This document shows positions 41,030-52,087 of a stretch of 64,000 nt of DNA, piece after piece. Source of the stretch: Longimicrobiales bacterium (GTDB lineage: Bacteria; Gemmatimonadota; Gemmatimonadetes; Longimicrobiales; Gaopeijiaceae); NCBI GenBank assembly GCA_965226375.1, contig CBDDCX010000006.1, positions 64,001 to 128,000 on the forward strand, read 5' to 3'. How positions within the stretch are numbered: position 1 is the stretch's first letter; every line of letters begins with the position of its first letter. The position numbers and the translations under genes are program-made. Under the pieces are notes generated by a model that had not been told where the DNA came from, did no database searches, and saw only the letters and a program-made list of their open reading frames with translations.

Positions 41030-42470
41030 CTAAGGCTGAGATCTAGTCAGTTTGAACACACCCTGGCTCGGCAGACGCAGCAACGTCACATCCACCACGG
41101 TCGTTCGGAAGCCCTGCAACATCTTCGATACGTTGGGCTTCGTGAGCCTGACCATCAGTGGCAGGTAGCTGATGTCGTCCGAGTCCGGTTCCTCGCCGGT
41201 GATCTCGATGTCGAGTCCCTTGCAGTCCTCCAACAGGTTCTCGAAGCTCTTCTTCTTGGAGTGGTACGCCTGTGTGCGCAGATAGAACGTGGTCGTCCCC
41301 GGATTCAGGTTGTTCTTGTGCACGTCTTCGATCATCTCTTCGAGTCGGTTCGTGCCGGCTCCGCTCGCGCTCGACTTGAAGGTGATGTCGTGTTCGCGTA
41401 CGTCGACACCGTACTGGTCTCGTATGCGGAAGATCACCTGTGCGTGCGCTTCGTATTGGGCTTGCTTGTTCCATTCCGTAACCGACCTCTTCAGACCGGC
41501 CGCCCGCTGCTGTGTCTTGGCCGTATTACGATGGAAGGCGCCGACCACCTCGTCGTAGGCCTGCTCGTCGGGCGGGGTGGACAAGGCTTTGATCAAGTGC
41601 GGTAACACTCGGGTTCGGTTCTTCTCGCCGTCCACGATGCCGATGTCAGTGCCGAAGTGAGCGGTCTCATACAAGACCGTGTACGGCACTTCACGCCGGG
41701 TCGCGGCGAGCCCTCGGAAGTCCAGCGCGTAGCGTACCTCGTTCAGTCGTTTGTTGTCCCGCCGAGACTGGAGTAGCTGTCCAAGCCGGGTGTGATGGAT
41801 GCGCTGTGCGTCGCTTTGGGGCTCCGCCTTTACGTAGTTGAAGTTCAGGTTACAGGCCGCCGTGCGCACCGTATTGTCCGCCGAGTCCTCCTTGACGTAC
41901 CGAATCGGCACCGCGCGTAATGCGCGGAGCGTCTGTGAACCGATGATGCAGAACTCCTGCACCTGGTAGTCGTCGTACATGTCGTTACCAGGGGTCAAGA
42001 AATGGCCATGGAGATCCAAGGTCTTTGATGACCCGAACTCGAGTTCGCTCAGCACCTTCACACCTCGCCCGACGCCCTTGAAGATCAACTGAGCCCACCG
42101 GGCGAGCTTTCCGACGGCGACGTGCGCCAGACCGCTGCCGAAGTTGGCGCCGGCCAGGTGTACGAGGTTGCCGATCGGGGAGGGCTTCGGGCTGAAAAGG
42201 CGAATCCAGTTGCGAACTACGAGTGCCCCTGTGCTATGGATGACCACGTGGAACCCCGTGTCCAAGAGTCCGCGATACGGACGGGAATGCAGAGCGCGGT
42301 TCAGCGCGAAGCTGATGTCGTCGATCGAGATGCCGTCGTTCAGCGAGATCCACCGGGCGAGATCGATCTCGACGAGGTTGTCGGTGCCGAAGTGGTCGCG
42401 AAGGTGACTCGGCAGGGTGCCGTAGATGTCTTCGACTCTAGTGTTTCTGTCGGGTCGGTTCGATAAACAT
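41030..42470 (-). pseudogene. Alpha/beta hydrolase (lipase/esterase-like), 5' end disrupted
   Basis: VVIHSTGALVVR nucleophile elbow, LAGANFGSGLA; frame open upstream to about 42460 but the RBS-preceded ATG at 42470 is out of frame. Confidence 0.6.
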
Positions 42471-42851
42471 TGTCTTCCCTCACTTCTTCCCGGGTCGCTT
42501 TCAACCCTCTCACAACTTTCTGACCGCCACCACCGGCGGTATTTCAGGTCTATGCAGAAAGCGGGCCAAACTCCACTTTCGCAGCCATCTCCCGACCTTA
42601 AGGAGTCTGCACATAAGCCTTACGTGATTGCCCCTCAACAGGTTACAGCAATACCGAGATCGGTATCGCTGTGCTGTCACAGGCCCGGATGGGGGGTCTG
42701 GTCGGCCCAGTGCACCCCCGCGATCGTCCCATGGGCCGGACGCTGCTGTCACGTTGGCAGCAAATACCGGAGCGGCCTGCTCGGGTCACAGAGATCGCAG
42801 GCATGCCACAAGCGCTACGTCGTTCTCGGTCGCCTCGGGGAGGGACGCCCC

Positions 42852-45617
42852 TCATTCCGCTCGTAACGCCGAGGCCGGGTCGATGGTTGCCGCCCTGCGC
42901 GCGGGTACCCAGATGGCTACCCCTGCCGTTGCCAGGAGCAAAAGTGCTGATGCGGCTAGCGATGGAGGGTCCAGAGTCCGGACGCCGTAGACGAGTCCTT
43001 CCAGCGTCGATCCGAAGAGGAAGGCCAGAGCGAGGCCCACGAGCAATCCCACGCTCACCAGCCTCATGCCGCCCAGGACGATTTCTGAGAGCACCCTTCT
43101 TCCGTCGGCTCCGATGGCGAGGCGTAGCCCGATCTCACGGCTTCGGTCGCTCACCGTATATGAGATGAGGCCGTAGAGCCCGATCAGCGTCGAGACGAGG
43201 GCCACCAGACCGCAGCCGGCGACCAGGGTCAGCGCGAAGCGGGTTGGCGCGATCGCGTCGCGTACATAGGCCGGCATTGGCCGGATGTCGTAGAGGGTGA
43301 GCTCGGGATCCAGGGTTCGAAGGGCCTGGCGGATCGGGGTGGCTACCGTTTCGGGCGCGACTCGGGTTCGTACCGCGAAGGCCACGTCCCGTGAGGCCTC
43401 CTGCCGGTAAGGGACGTAGATGGCCTCGCGGCCCTCGCTCTTGAGATCCTCGTAGCGCACGTGCTCGACCACGCCCACCACCTCGGCCTCGACCGGCCTC
43501 CCGTCCAACGGGAATCCGATCCGCTGGCCCAGAGGCGACCCCCCGGGGGCCAGTCGAAGGGCGAGCTTCTCGTCGACGACCGCGACGCGGCGGTCCTCGG
43601 TCAGGTCTTCTTCCTCGGTGAACGAGCGACCCTCGAGGAGACGGCTGCCCATGGCACGGAAATAGTGGGAGGTCACCATGCGGAAGTCGGCCCGGTTCTC
43701 CGCCCACCGGCTCTCACTCTGCCCGGGCAGGCCGTACGGCTGGGTCCAGATACGGCCGCCGAGTGGAAGACGGCCCACCAACCCCATCGCTTCGACGCCC
43801 GGGATCGCCTCGACTCGCTCCTCGAACGTCTTGACGAATCGCGCTCGGTCCGCGGGGCCCGAATAGCGCTCGGCTCCCCGGAGCGAGAGGGAGAACGTCA
43901 AGACTCCGTCCGCGTCGAAGCCCGGCCTTATGCGTTCCAGTTCCTGCACAGTGCGGATCAGCAGCCCCCCGGTCGCGAGAAGTACCATGGCCAACGCGAC
44001 TTCACCGATGACGAACGCCGATCGTGCCCGACTGTGACCCCGGCCGCCCAGACGACTCCCGGAGCTGAGAGCGGCCCGCCGGAAGGCACCGTATGTGAGC
44101 AGTCCGGGCAAACCCCCGAAGATCACGGCCGCCATCACGGCCGATGCCACCGCGAAGACGAGAGTCCTCCCATCCACGCCCACCTCGTCCAACCGAGGCA
44201 GCCCCGAAGGAGCGAATCGTAGTAGGACGTCTACTCCCACACCGGCCAAGAGCCAACCGGCCGTGCACCCGAGGACGGCCAGGGTCAAATTCTCGACCGT
44301 GATCTGCCTGACGATCCGGAGACGCCCCGCCCCGAGCGCCGTGCGCAGGGCGAACTCGGGTATGCGTGCGGCGCTGCGGGCCAGGACGAGCAGGGCCACG
44401 TTGAGGCACGCGATCAGGAGGATGAACGCTCCCGCCACGAGGATGGCGATCAGGGTCGGTCGAGCCTGCCGGGTGAGCTCGTCCTGCATGGCCCGCACCA
44501 CGATGCCCACGCCAGCTGCCTCGTAGGCCGGCACCTCACGGCGAAGGTCGAGCGAGATGGCGTCCATCTCGCGCTGGGCCCGTTCGAGCGTCGCGCCCGA
44601 GGCCAGGCGGGCGACCACCGCTCCGCTGTTGTCCGAGTCCTGGTCCAGCGCGCGGCCGTCCGTTCGCTCGAATGTCCGGAGATCGACCCGGATGGGAGAC
44701 CAAGCGTCCACGTTTTCAGGGATACCGGCGTAGGGCGGGAGCAGAACGGAAAAGCCCTCGGGCATCACGCCTACGATGACGGCGGCCTGCCCGTTTACGT
44801 GAACGGTTCGTCCCAGGACCTCCGACTCCTGTCCAAACGTACGCACCCAGAGCCCGTGGCTCAGCACCAACGGAGCGGGGGCCCCGGCACGGGGCCGATC
44901 GCCGCCCTCGTCCGCTGCCGCATCCTCCGGCACGAACGTCCGGCCTATCTGCGCCCGCGCCCCCAGAAGATCGAAAAAGTCCACCGTTACCAGCGCCATG
45001 CGGGCATGGGTCGGCTCGGTGGTGGCGAGCGTGGCGTCCGTCACCCGGCTCGCGAATGCGAAACCGTCGAAGAGGCGACTCCGCTCTCTGAACACGGCGA
45101 CGTCGGGCCCCGCGATCGGGATCATGCGGCCCGGGTCGTTCTCGACTCGGTTCCAGAGTAGGACCAGGCGGTCCGGCTCGGGATATGGCAGGGGGCGGAG
45201 TAGGACCCCGTCTACCACCGAGAAGATCGCTGTGCTGGCACCGATTCCGAGGGCCAAGACCGTCACCGCCGCCCACGCGAATCCCCGGTTTCTCCGCAGA
45301 CCACGGTATGCGAACCGTACATCGCCCGACCATCCCCCCATGGTGCTCCGCCACTCGCCCAGGATTCCCATGCTCGGACCCGGCGCTCGAAGCCTCATGC
45401 CGAGCCCGGCCCATATCACGTCCACCATCTCCGCCACGAGCGTCCAGACCAGCCCGAGCCACCCGTGTATACGCATGGATGCAGTGGCAGCGTCTAGAAC
45501 GGCGGTCTCCAGAGACGGGCCGCTCACGCGGCGCTCGGCCGGTGGAAATGCCCGCAGGGCAAGTCGACACAGCCACCGGGCCAGATGGTCGACGAATCGG
45601 GGAAGCCGGGGTCGCAT
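42852..45617 (-). CDS. ADOP-type duplicated MacB/FtsX ABC permease
   Basis: [53 protein letters not shown]. Confidence 0.92.
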   Translation of the reverse strand: MRPRLPRFVDHLARWLCRLALRAFPPAERRVSGPSLETAVLDAATASMRIHGWLGLVWTLVAEMVDVIWAGLGMRLRAPGPSMGILGEWRSTMGGWSGDVRFAYRGLRRNRGFAWAAVTVLALGIGASTAIFSVVDGVLLRPLPYPEPDRLVLLWNRVENDPGRMIPIAGPDVAVFRERSRLFDGFAFASRVTDATLATTEPTHARMALVTVDFFDLLGARAQIGRTFVPEDAAADEGGDRPRAGAPAPLVLSHGLWVRTFGQESEVLGRTVHVNGQAAVIVGVMPEGFSVLLPPYAGIPENVDAWSPIRVDLRTFERTDGRALDQDSDNSGAVVARLASGATLERAQREMDAISLDLRREVPAYEAAGVGIVVRAMQDELTRQARPTLIAILVAGAFILLIACLNVALLVLARSAARIPEFALRTALGAGRLRIVRQITVENLTLAVLGCTAGWLLAGVGVDVLLRFAPSGLPRLDEVGVDGRTLVFAVASAVMAAVIFGGLPGLLTYGAFRRAALSSGSRLGGRGHSRARSAFVIGEVALAMVLLATGGLLIRTVQELERIRPGFDADGVLTFSLSLRGAERYSGPADRARFVKTFEERVEAIPGVEAMGLVGRLPLGGRIWTQPYGLPGQSESRWAENRADFRMVTSHYFRAMGSRLLEGRSFTEEEDLTEDRRVAVVDEKLALRLAPGGSPLGQRIGFPLDGRPVEAEVVGVVEHVRYEDLKSEGREAIYVPYRQEASRDVAFAVRTRVAPETVATPIRQALRTLDPELTLYDIRPMPAYVRDAIAPTRFALTLVAGCGLVALVSTLIGLYGLISYTVSDRSREIGLRLAIGADGRRVLSEIVLGGMRLVSVGLLVGLALAFLFGSTLEGLVYGVRTLDPPSLAASALLLLATAGVAIWVPARRAATIDPASALRAE

Positions 45618-45628
45618 CGGTAGAGCTC

Positions 45629-46009
45629 CTACGCCCGTTCACCCACTAGATTCTTGCTCTGCGCAGCGTTGAGTAGGCTTGCCAAGCGGTTGGCTTCGGC
45701 CCGTACCACGGCCAGCCCCAGTTCGGTGATCCCGTAGTAACGCCTGCGCTGATCATCCTGGTCGGGGGCTGGACGCTCCCCCGACTCGCAGACCAGACCC
45801 GCCGCGTCGAGCCGGCGGATCGCGGCGTACAGCGTGCCCGACCGGAGCTTGGTGTATCCGCCCGAGCGTGTATCGATCTCCTTGATCAGGGCGTAACCGT
45901 GCAGGTCCTGGTCGGCGAGCGCCAGCAGGATCAGAAACGCCAGGTTCGTAAGCGGGACGTGTTGCTTAACGTCACCCGGTGGCGCCTTGTGCGGAGCCTG
46001 GTCGGTCAC
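45629..46009 (-). CDS. PadR family transcriptional regulator
   Basis: [31 protein letters not shown]. Confidence 0.92.
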   Translation of the reverse strand: MTDQAPHKAPPGDVKQHVPLTNLAFLILLALADQDLHGYALIKEIDTRSGGYTKLRSGTLYAAIRRLDAAGLVCESGERPAPDQDDQRRRYYGITELGLAVVRAEANRLASLLNAAQSKNLVGERA

Positions 46010-46022
46010 GTTCCCCTCGCTT

Positions 46023-46059
46023 TGTTACGGGTATACTACTTGAAGGTATACTTGTAACA
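46023..46059. promoter_or_regulatory. Palindromic operator upstream of padR-ADOP 1
   Basis: TGTTAC-N2-GTATAC-N9-GTATAC-N2-GTAACA. Confidence 0.6.
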
Positions 46060-46089
46060 GGTACATCCGTTCGGGTCAATCCCGGGACA

Positions 46090-46791
46090 CTAGAGACCCT
46101 TGGCCTGGAACACGGTCTTGAGGGACCAAGCCAGAATGTTCAGGTCGAGCCACAGCTTTGCCCAACCGCTTCGGCTCGACGCCATGAACCCGATGTAGGA
46201 GTAATCGAGGGTCAACTCGGGGGGCGCATTCGAGTTGCCCTTGTTGGCCTGTACCAGGCCCGTCAGGCCGGGCCTGATCAGCCTCTTTCTGAGGATGCCT
46301 TTCTCGATCTCTTCGTAGTACGGCTCCAGCGGCCAGGGACGGGGCCCGACGAAGCTCATGTCGCCCTTCAGGATCGAGAAGAGCTGAGGAAGTTCGTCCA
46401 GATAAAACTTCTTCAAGTAGTGGCCGGTCGCCGTGAGGTGTTCGGGTACCCGTTCCATCGGCTTGATGTGGAGGTACTTCTGCTCACTGGAGATCCTCCG
46501 GTAGACGTCCATTCTGATGATTCGGAACTTGGGAATCCGAAACACTCTCCCCTCCGAGCCCCGTGGCTCGGAGAGGAAAATCGGGCCTCTGTGGGCAGAC
46601 CGGATCAGTCCCTCCAGTACGATGGAGACGATGATTACTACCATCAGTGGGGACAACAAGATGAGAAGGCCGAGAGAGAGGCCGACGTCCAGCAGCCTTT
46701 TCTGCCACGGAAGCTGTGTCAGCCCCTTCTGCTCGCGGCCGGCTCTATCGGCCTCTTCGAACTGCTCGGTGCTCATGAGTCGAGTGGGCAT
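46090..46791 (-). CDS. Bacterial sugar transferase (priming phosphoglycosyltransferase)
   Basis: KRLLDV, KFR, LDELPQLFSILKGDMSFVGPRP, RPGLTGLVQ. Confidence 0.88.
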   Translation of the reverse strand: MPTRLMSTEQFEEADRAGREQKGLTQLPWQKRLLDVGLSLGLLILLSPLMVVIIVSIVLEGLIRSAHRGPIFLSEPRGSEGRVFRIPKFRIIRMDVYRRISSEQKYLHIKPMERVPEHLTATGHYLKKFYLDELPQLFSILKGDMSFVGPRPWPLEPYYEEIEKGILRKRLIRPGLTGLVQANKGNSNAPPELTLDYSYIGFMASSRSGWAKLWLDLNILAWSLKTVFQAKGL

Positions 46792-46871
46792 GAGGGGCAA
46801 GCTTGAGTAGGAGAGGCACCTTGGGCAAGCCGGAAGATGCGAGACAACGCGGAGGCCCTCTGGCATATATG

Positions 46872-46915
46872 ATTACAAGTCAATAGTTGACACGTCATCA
46901 ATATAGTCTTATGAT
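46872..46915 (+). promoter_or_regulatory. Sigma70 promoter with MarR box
   Basis: TTGACA (46887)-17 bp-TATGAT (46910); ATTACAAGTCAATAGTT just upstream. Confidence 0.75.
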
Positions 46916-46920
46916 ACGCT

Positions 46921-47415
46921 ATGTCCAGCAAACAACCACGTTCGATCCTCGACGAGATCGGCCAGACCAAACCCAGCGCCTCGAAGCAGCAGGAGGCGCT
47001 TATCGCGCTCATGCGCACCACCGACGCCGTCAAGTATCAGCTGGCCAAAGAGCTCGACGGTTATGATGTGACACCACAGCAGTACAACGTTCTCAGGATC
47101 CTTCGTGGGGCCGGGAAGGACGGTCTTCCGACCCTGGCCATCGCGGACCGAATGATCGAGCGGACACCTGGAATCACGCGCCTTGTCGACCGCCTCGAAG
47201 GGTGTGGCTTGGCCGAGCGGAGCCGGTGCCAGAACGATCGTCGGCGCGTGTTCGCTATCATCACTGACAAGGGCCTCGAGCTTCTGGAGACTCTCGATCC
47301 GGTGATTGATTCGGCCGATCGTACTGTGATGGCCGGCCTGCCTGTCGAGAACCTTGAGCCTCTCCTCACGTCCCTTTCGATGATCCGTGCGGGTCTCGGG
47401 TCCCAGGGGGCGTGA
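46921..47415 (+). CDS. MarR family transcriptional regulator
   Basis: QQYNVLRILRG, TRLVDRLE, DRRRV..ITDKG. Confidence 0.92.
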   Translation: MSSKQPRSILDEIGQTKPSASKQQEALIALMRTTDAVKYQLAKELDGYDVTPQQYNVLRILRGAGKDGLPTLAIADRMIERTPGITRLVDRLEGCGLAERSRCQNDRRRVFAIITDKGLELLETLDPVIDSADRTVMAGLPVENLEPLLTSLSMIRAGLGSQGA

Positions 47416-47458
47416 CTTTTTTTCCACCAATACATTACTAGTCAATAATTTAATCTCA

Positions 47459-48525
47459 AGGGGGTATTCCCTTAAGTCCACCGACCCCAAGATATAGTGG
47501 TTACCGGGGCTCTGCGGGCCGTTTCCCACGTCCGGTGCCGAGGTAAAGGGCCGAAGCTGGCGTGGGAGCACACTGAACAGCCTGCTCAAGCAAGCGGTAG
47601 AACAACAGGCCGCGAGCCCGGGATGTGCGTCGGTTGAAGCGAAAGGTGAACTCGTCCAGATAGTAGGGGAGGTGTTCGCGGGCGATCCCTCCTTGGAGGG
47701 TTCCGAGGACCCAGCGCTTGAGGAGAGACGCCACCCGATGTACGGCCGACATGAGCACGTGAGCGGGATCGCCGGAGGTCGAGAGGTTCGTGACCGTGTG
47801 GCGAAAGCCCAGTTTGGCGAGTCCCTGATAGCTTGGCCATCCGTCGGTATGCACCGTGCTTGCCGGTGCGATGCTATCCTTGACGAAGCCTCGCAGAACC
47901 GGAGCGGAGAGGTCGGGCACCCAACGCAGCCGTATTCTCCCGATCTTGCGTCCGTCGACCTCGGCGGCGATCGCGACGATGGCCTTCTTGATCGTCTCGC
48001 GGCCCCGCACTCCAGCCTCCACGCCCCCGACATAGCTCTCGTCCACTTGCACAACGCCGCTCAGCTGGTCGCGATCCGGTCGGACCATGGCCCGGCGGAG
48101 CTTGTGGAGCCAGACCCACGCTGTCTTGTAGCTTCCCAGTCCGAGCACGCGCTGGAGCCCGAGAGCATTGGCTCCGTATTTCTGGCTCGTGAGCTCCCAG
48201 GCAGCGAGAAACCACAGACGCAGGGGCGAGCGCGTGCGGTGGAACACGGTTCCCGCCAGCACCGAGGTCTGCCTTCGACAGTGTGGGCAGACGAGACGCC
48301 CCCGCGATGCTCGCCAGACCTCTCCCAACCCGCCACAGCCCACGCACACAAACCCTTCCGGCCAGCGCAGACCCTCCACGTACTCCAGGCATGCCGCATC
48401 GTCGGGGAAGAACTCGTCCAACTCCAGCCGCGTACGGGGATAGTCCACGCCGCCACGGAGCTGAGAAGCCGGAACCGCCATGACCACAACATGTAGTGGG
48501 CGGTGGACTTAAGGCAATACCCCAT
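47459..48525 (-). mobile_element. IS1595-family element, complete, 8-bp TSD TAATCTCA
   Basis: IRs AGGGGGTATTCCCTTAAGTCCACCG and ATGGGGTATTGCCTTAAGTCCACCG; TSD at 47451-47458 and 48526-48533. Confidence 0.95.
47501..48487 (-). CDS. IS1595 family transposase
   Basis: Zn ribbon CVGC..CPHC, VQVDESYVGG, VHTDGW, YLDEFTFRFNRR. Confidence 0.95.
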   Translation of the reverse strand: MVMAVPASQLRGGVDYPRTRLELDEFFPDDAACLEYVEGLRWPEGFVCVGCGGLGEVWRASRGRLVCPHCRRQTSVLAGTVFHRTRSPLRLWFLAAWELTSQKYGANALGLQRVLGLGSYKTAWVWLHKLRRAMVRPDRDQLSGVVQVDESYVGGVEAGVRGRETIKKAIVAIAAEVDGRKIGRIRLRWVPDLSAPVLRGFVKDSIAPASTVHTDGWPSYQGLAKLGFRHTVTNLSTSGDPAHVLMSAVHRVASLLKRWVLGTLQGGIAREHLPYYLDEFTFRFNRRTSRARGLLFYRLLEQAVQCAPTPASALYLGTGRGKRPAEPR

Positions 48526-48560
48526 TAATCTCAAATAACATCTGCAGAAGGAGAAATACA

Positions 48561-49013
48561 ATGATTAGCAAGCTGATGAAGACTGACGGAGATGTGGCCG
48601 CGTTGATCCTCCGGGTCACTCTGGCCCTCGTGATGTTCCCACACGCAGCCCAAAAGCTCTTCGGGTGGTTTGGCGGCTACGGCCTCGACGCCACGCTCCA
48701 ATTCTTTGCGACCCTCGGGATTCCGGCGTGGATGGGAGTCCTCGCCGTCTTGATTGAGTTCGCTGGGTCGATCGCCTTGCTGCTCGGAGCGTTCGGAAGG
48801 GTCGCCGCTCTCGGATTGGCGGGCGTGATCGCCGGTGCCGTACTGACCGTCCACGCCCCGAACGGGTTCTTCATGAACTGGAGCGGTGCCCAGGTGGGCG
48901 AAGGGTTCGAGTATCACATCCTGTTCCTCGCCATGGCGGCGGTTGTGGTCCTCAAGGGCAGTGGAGCCCTCTCGGTCGACCGCGTGTTCAGTCTGGCTCC
49001 AGCTACGGACTGA
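48561..49013 (+). CDS. DoxX family protein
   Basis: HAAQKLFGWFGG, GFFMNW..GEGFEYH, GSGALSVD. Confidence 0.9.
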   Translation: MISKLMKTDGDVAALILRVTLALVMFPHAAQKLFGWFGGYGLDATLQFFATLGIPAWMGVLAVLIEFAGSIALLLGAFGRVAALGLAGVIAGAVLTVHAPNGFFMNWSGAQVGEGFEYHILFLAMAAVVVLKGSGALSVDRVFSLAPATD

Positions 49014-49143
49014 GTAACAACCGGAGCGATTCGGCCAGGACGGCCGGGCAGGGACGTGCGACCCTCGGAGCGTGGCTCCGGGGGTCGTTCGTCCGTATCA
49101 TCCTTCCGACTGCGGAAGCTCCCACACCGAGAGGGACCGAAGC

Positions 49144-50274
49144 ATGACGTTTCGAGCACACTGGGCCCTGACACTTCTTGCCGGCGTCGCCGCGGGCGGA
49201 TGCACGATCGAGTCCGAGCAGGACACGTCTGGCGACGCCTTACCGGGTGCTCCCTGGACCCTCGCGGACCCGGCACCCGACGACGACGGTGAGCTTCGAG
49301 TCCTGGTCATGCACGACATGGAGGGGCTCTCCGGTCAGTCCGACCCCCGGACCTTTTCGTACCGCAATGCCGAGTTCTATCCGCAGGGTGCGGAGTATCT
49401 GATCGGTGACGTGAACGCCGTCATCGCGGGTCTGTTCGATGGAGGGGCCGATGTGGTTCGGGTGGTAGACGGCCACGGAAGTGGCAACCCGGAACCCGAT
49501 ATCATCCTCGACCGTCTGGACCCACGGGCCGAGATGTACAGCCGGTCAGAACCCTTCGAGGCCTATGTCGACATCGTCGAGGCGGGCGCTTTCGACGCGA
49601 TCGCCGTGGTCGGCATGCATGCCAAGACCGGAAGCGGGGGCTTCGCATCTCATACCTACAATCCCGGAATCGGATGGCGCCTCAACGGGCAGAGTATCAC
49701 GGAGACCGAGATCGTGGCTCTTTCCTGGGGTCGTGTGGGCGTGCCTGTCATCTTCGCGTCCGGTGATGACAAACTCGCCGCTGATCTGGCCACCATGCCG
49801 TGGATCCGGTACGTGACGGTGAAGGATGCCACCAGCGCGTCAACGGCGGATCCCTATCCCGTGGAAGAAGTCCGGGCACAGCTCCGTGCTGAGGCCCAGG
49901 CCGCCGTCGAGGCACTGTCCGATGCCCGCGTGATGAAGACCGCGTCGCCGGTCGAAGCGACGCTCGATGCCGTGCCGCCCGCCTCACTGGCGGCCCTGGA
50001 AGGGGTGCCAGGTGTTCGATATGACGACGGCTCCGTGACGTTCACGGCCCAGGGTTTCGCGGACGCATACGATGGATTGACCGCCCTGATCAGGGTGGCC
50101 AGGGCAGGCTACTCCGGCGTCATGGGTGAGGTTCTCAGGGGACTGGACGCCAATGCGGGGGCCGAGTACTCCGCCAGGCTCTTCGAGCGCTGGATGGACT
50201 TCGAGTCAGGGCGCTGGACGGCCCCGACGCTGCCTGCTCCCCCGCAGGGCCGCACATATTACGGATACCGGTGA
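49144..50274 (+). CDS. M55 family D-aminopeptidase (DppA-like) lipoprotein
   Basis: Lipobox AGGC; DMEGLSG, DGHG, GMHAK, SHT, SGDD. Confidence 0.85.
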   Translation: MTFRAHWALTLLAGVAAGGCTIESEQDTSGDALPGAPWTLADPAPDDDGELRVLVMHDMEGLSGQSDPRTFSYRNAEFYPQGAEYLIGDVNAVIAGLFDGGADVVRVVDGHGSGNPEPDIILDRLDPRAEMYSRSEPFEAYVDIVEAGAFDAIAVVGMHAKTGSGGFASHTYNPGIGWRLNGQSITETEIVALSWGRVGVPVIFASGDDKLAADLATMPWIRYVTVKDATSASTADPYPVEEVRAQLRAEAQAAVEALSDARVMKTASPVEATLDAVPPASLAALEGVPGVRYDDGSVTFTAQGFADAYDGLTALIRVARAGYSGVMGEVLRGLDANAGAEYSARLFERWMDFESGRWTAPTLPAPPQGRTYYGYR

Positions 50275-50278
50275 GGCC

Positions 50279-52069
50279 ATGATAAATATGCTTCGTTCCC
50301 GATCCATCGCCCTGCTCCTCACGGTCCTCGTCCTCTCTTCGTGCGGAGGGAGTGCACCTCCCCCCGCCGTAGCCGTGCCCCTTCCGGCTCCGGAGCCGGC
50401 CGTCGAGCCGGTGGCCGAACCGGAGGTCGAGTACGACCTGGTCATCGAGAACGGAAGGATCGTAGACGGCACCGGAAACGCATGGTTCTATGGCGACCTG
50501 GCGGTCAAGGACGGCCGCATCGCCCGCATCGCGCCTCGCGGGATGTTACGTCGTGCGTCGACCAGCGAGCGCGTCGACGCGTTCGGGCACGTGGTCGCTC
50601 CCGGCTTCATCGATATACAAAGCCACTCCCGCTACGCGTTCCTCCAGGGCGACGGGAGGGTCGTCAGCAAGGTCACGCAGGGTATTACGACGGAGATCAT
50701 GGGGGAGGGCACTACCGATGCCCCGGTGAATCCGACGGGCCTGGGGCGGGCAAACGACGAAGAGTCTCAGGCCGACCGTCTGGCTCGTAGCTTCGCCGGA
50801 AATCACGGCTTCGACGCGTGGCTGAAGGCCATGGAGGCTCACGGCACGTCAGCCAACCAGGGTTCTTTTCTGGGGGCGGGCACGGTGCGCACCTATGCGG
50901 TCGGGATGCGTATGGGACCCGCCGCACCCGCAGAGCTGGACACGATGAAAGCCGTCGTGAGGCGGGCCATGGAGGACGGCGCCTTCGGTGTCGCCTCCGC
51001 TCTGGTCTATCCTCCGGGAAACTTTGTGTCCACGGCTGAGCTGGGTGAGATCGCCGGGGCGATGGCTGGCTATGGGGGCGTCTACATCACGCACATGCGA
51101 TCCGAAGCGGACGACTATCTGGAGGCCATCGACGAGGCCATCGAAATCGGAGAACGTGGCGGCGTACCGGTGGAGATCTACCACCTCAAGGCCGGAGGCC
51201 AGCGGAACTGGCACAAGGCTGCAATGGCCATCGCCAAGATCGACTCGGCCCGGGCTGCAGGGGTCGACGTACAGGCGAACATGTATCCGTACGTTGCGGG
51301 GAGCACGGGTCTGACGGCGTGCTTCCCACCGTCGGCTTCCGCGGATGGCAAGCTCTACGACAATCTGGCCGATCGCGAGGCTCGGCAACGGATTCGAGGG
51401 GAGATCGAGAACCAGCAGGAGGTATGGGAGAGCTTCTGCACGCTCGCTACGCCTGCCGGTGTCTTGGTTCTCGGTCTGGACAAGCCCGAGAATCAGAAGT
51501 ACACGGGCCGCTACCTGGACGATATCGCGGCGGAGATGGGCAAGGACTGGATCGACACCGCCATGGACCTGGTTCTGGACGAGCGCCAGCGCGTGGGAAC
51601 GATCTACTTCCTGATGAGCGAGGACAACGTCGCTCTTCAGATGCAGCAGCCCTGGATGAAGTTCGGGACCGACGCCGGAGGCGTGAATCCCGAAACCACG
51701 CGCGTTCTCGTGCATCCGAGAAGCTACGGGACGTATCCGCGTATCCTCGGCCGTTATGTGCGAGAGAAGGGAGTGCTCCCATTGGAGGACGCCATCCGGA
51801 AGATGAGCTCGGCGGTGGCCACCCGTCTTTCGATTCATGATCGCGGCCTACTCAAAGAGGGCTTTTATGCGGACATCGTGATCTTCGATCCCGAAACGAT
51901 TATTGACCGGGCCACCTTCGAGGAGCCTCATCAGGTGTCAGAGGGCGTGCGCGACGTGTTCGTGAACGGGGTGGCGGTGGTCAGGGACGGAGAGCACACC
52001 GATGCGAAGCCGGGCATGATCGTGCGTGGCCCTGGCTACCAGGCGCCGGACCGGAGGCCGATCTCCTAG
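50279..52069 (+). CDS. N-acyl-D-amino-acid deacylase family lipoprotein
   Basis: Lipobox LSSC; APGFIDIQSH, QGITTE, HMRSE, HPRSYGTYPRILG. Confidence 0.88.
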   Translation: MINMLRSRSIALLLTVLVLSSCGGSAPPPAVAVPLPAPEPAVEPVAEPEVEYDLVIENGRIVDGTGNAWFYGDLAVKDGRIARIAPRGMLRRASTSERVDAFGHVVAPGFIDIQSHSRYAFLQGDGRVVSKVTQGITTEIMGEGTTDAPVNPTGLGRANDEESQADRLARSFAGNHGFDAWLKAMEAHGTSANQGSFLGAGTVRTYAVGMRMGPAAPAELDTMKAVVRRAMEDGAFGVASALVYPPGNFVSTAELGEIAGAMAGYGGVYITHMRSEADDYLEAIDEAIEIGERGGVPVEIYHLKAGGQRNWHKAAMAIAKIDSARAAGVDVQANMYPYVAGSTGLTACFPPSASADGKLYDNLADREARQRIRGEIENQQEVWESFCTLATPAGVLVLGLDKPENQKYTGRYLDDIAAEMGKDWIDTAMDLVLDERQRVGTIYFLMSEDNVALQMQQPWMKFGTDAGGVNPETTRVLVHPRSYGTYPRILGRYVREKGVLPLEDAIRKMSSAVATRLSIHDRGLLKEGFYADIVIFDPETIIDRATFEEPHQVSEGVRDVFVNGVAVVRDGEHTDAKPGMIVRGPGYQAPDRRPIS

Positions 52070-52087
52070 GGGGCTGTCTCGAGCCGC

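Noticed and set aside
40900..42653. 12-bp direct repeat GTTACAGCAATA flanking the hydrolase gene
   Set aside because: Too short, with no element ends or recombinase link; cannot be distinguished from chance or a shared promoter motif.
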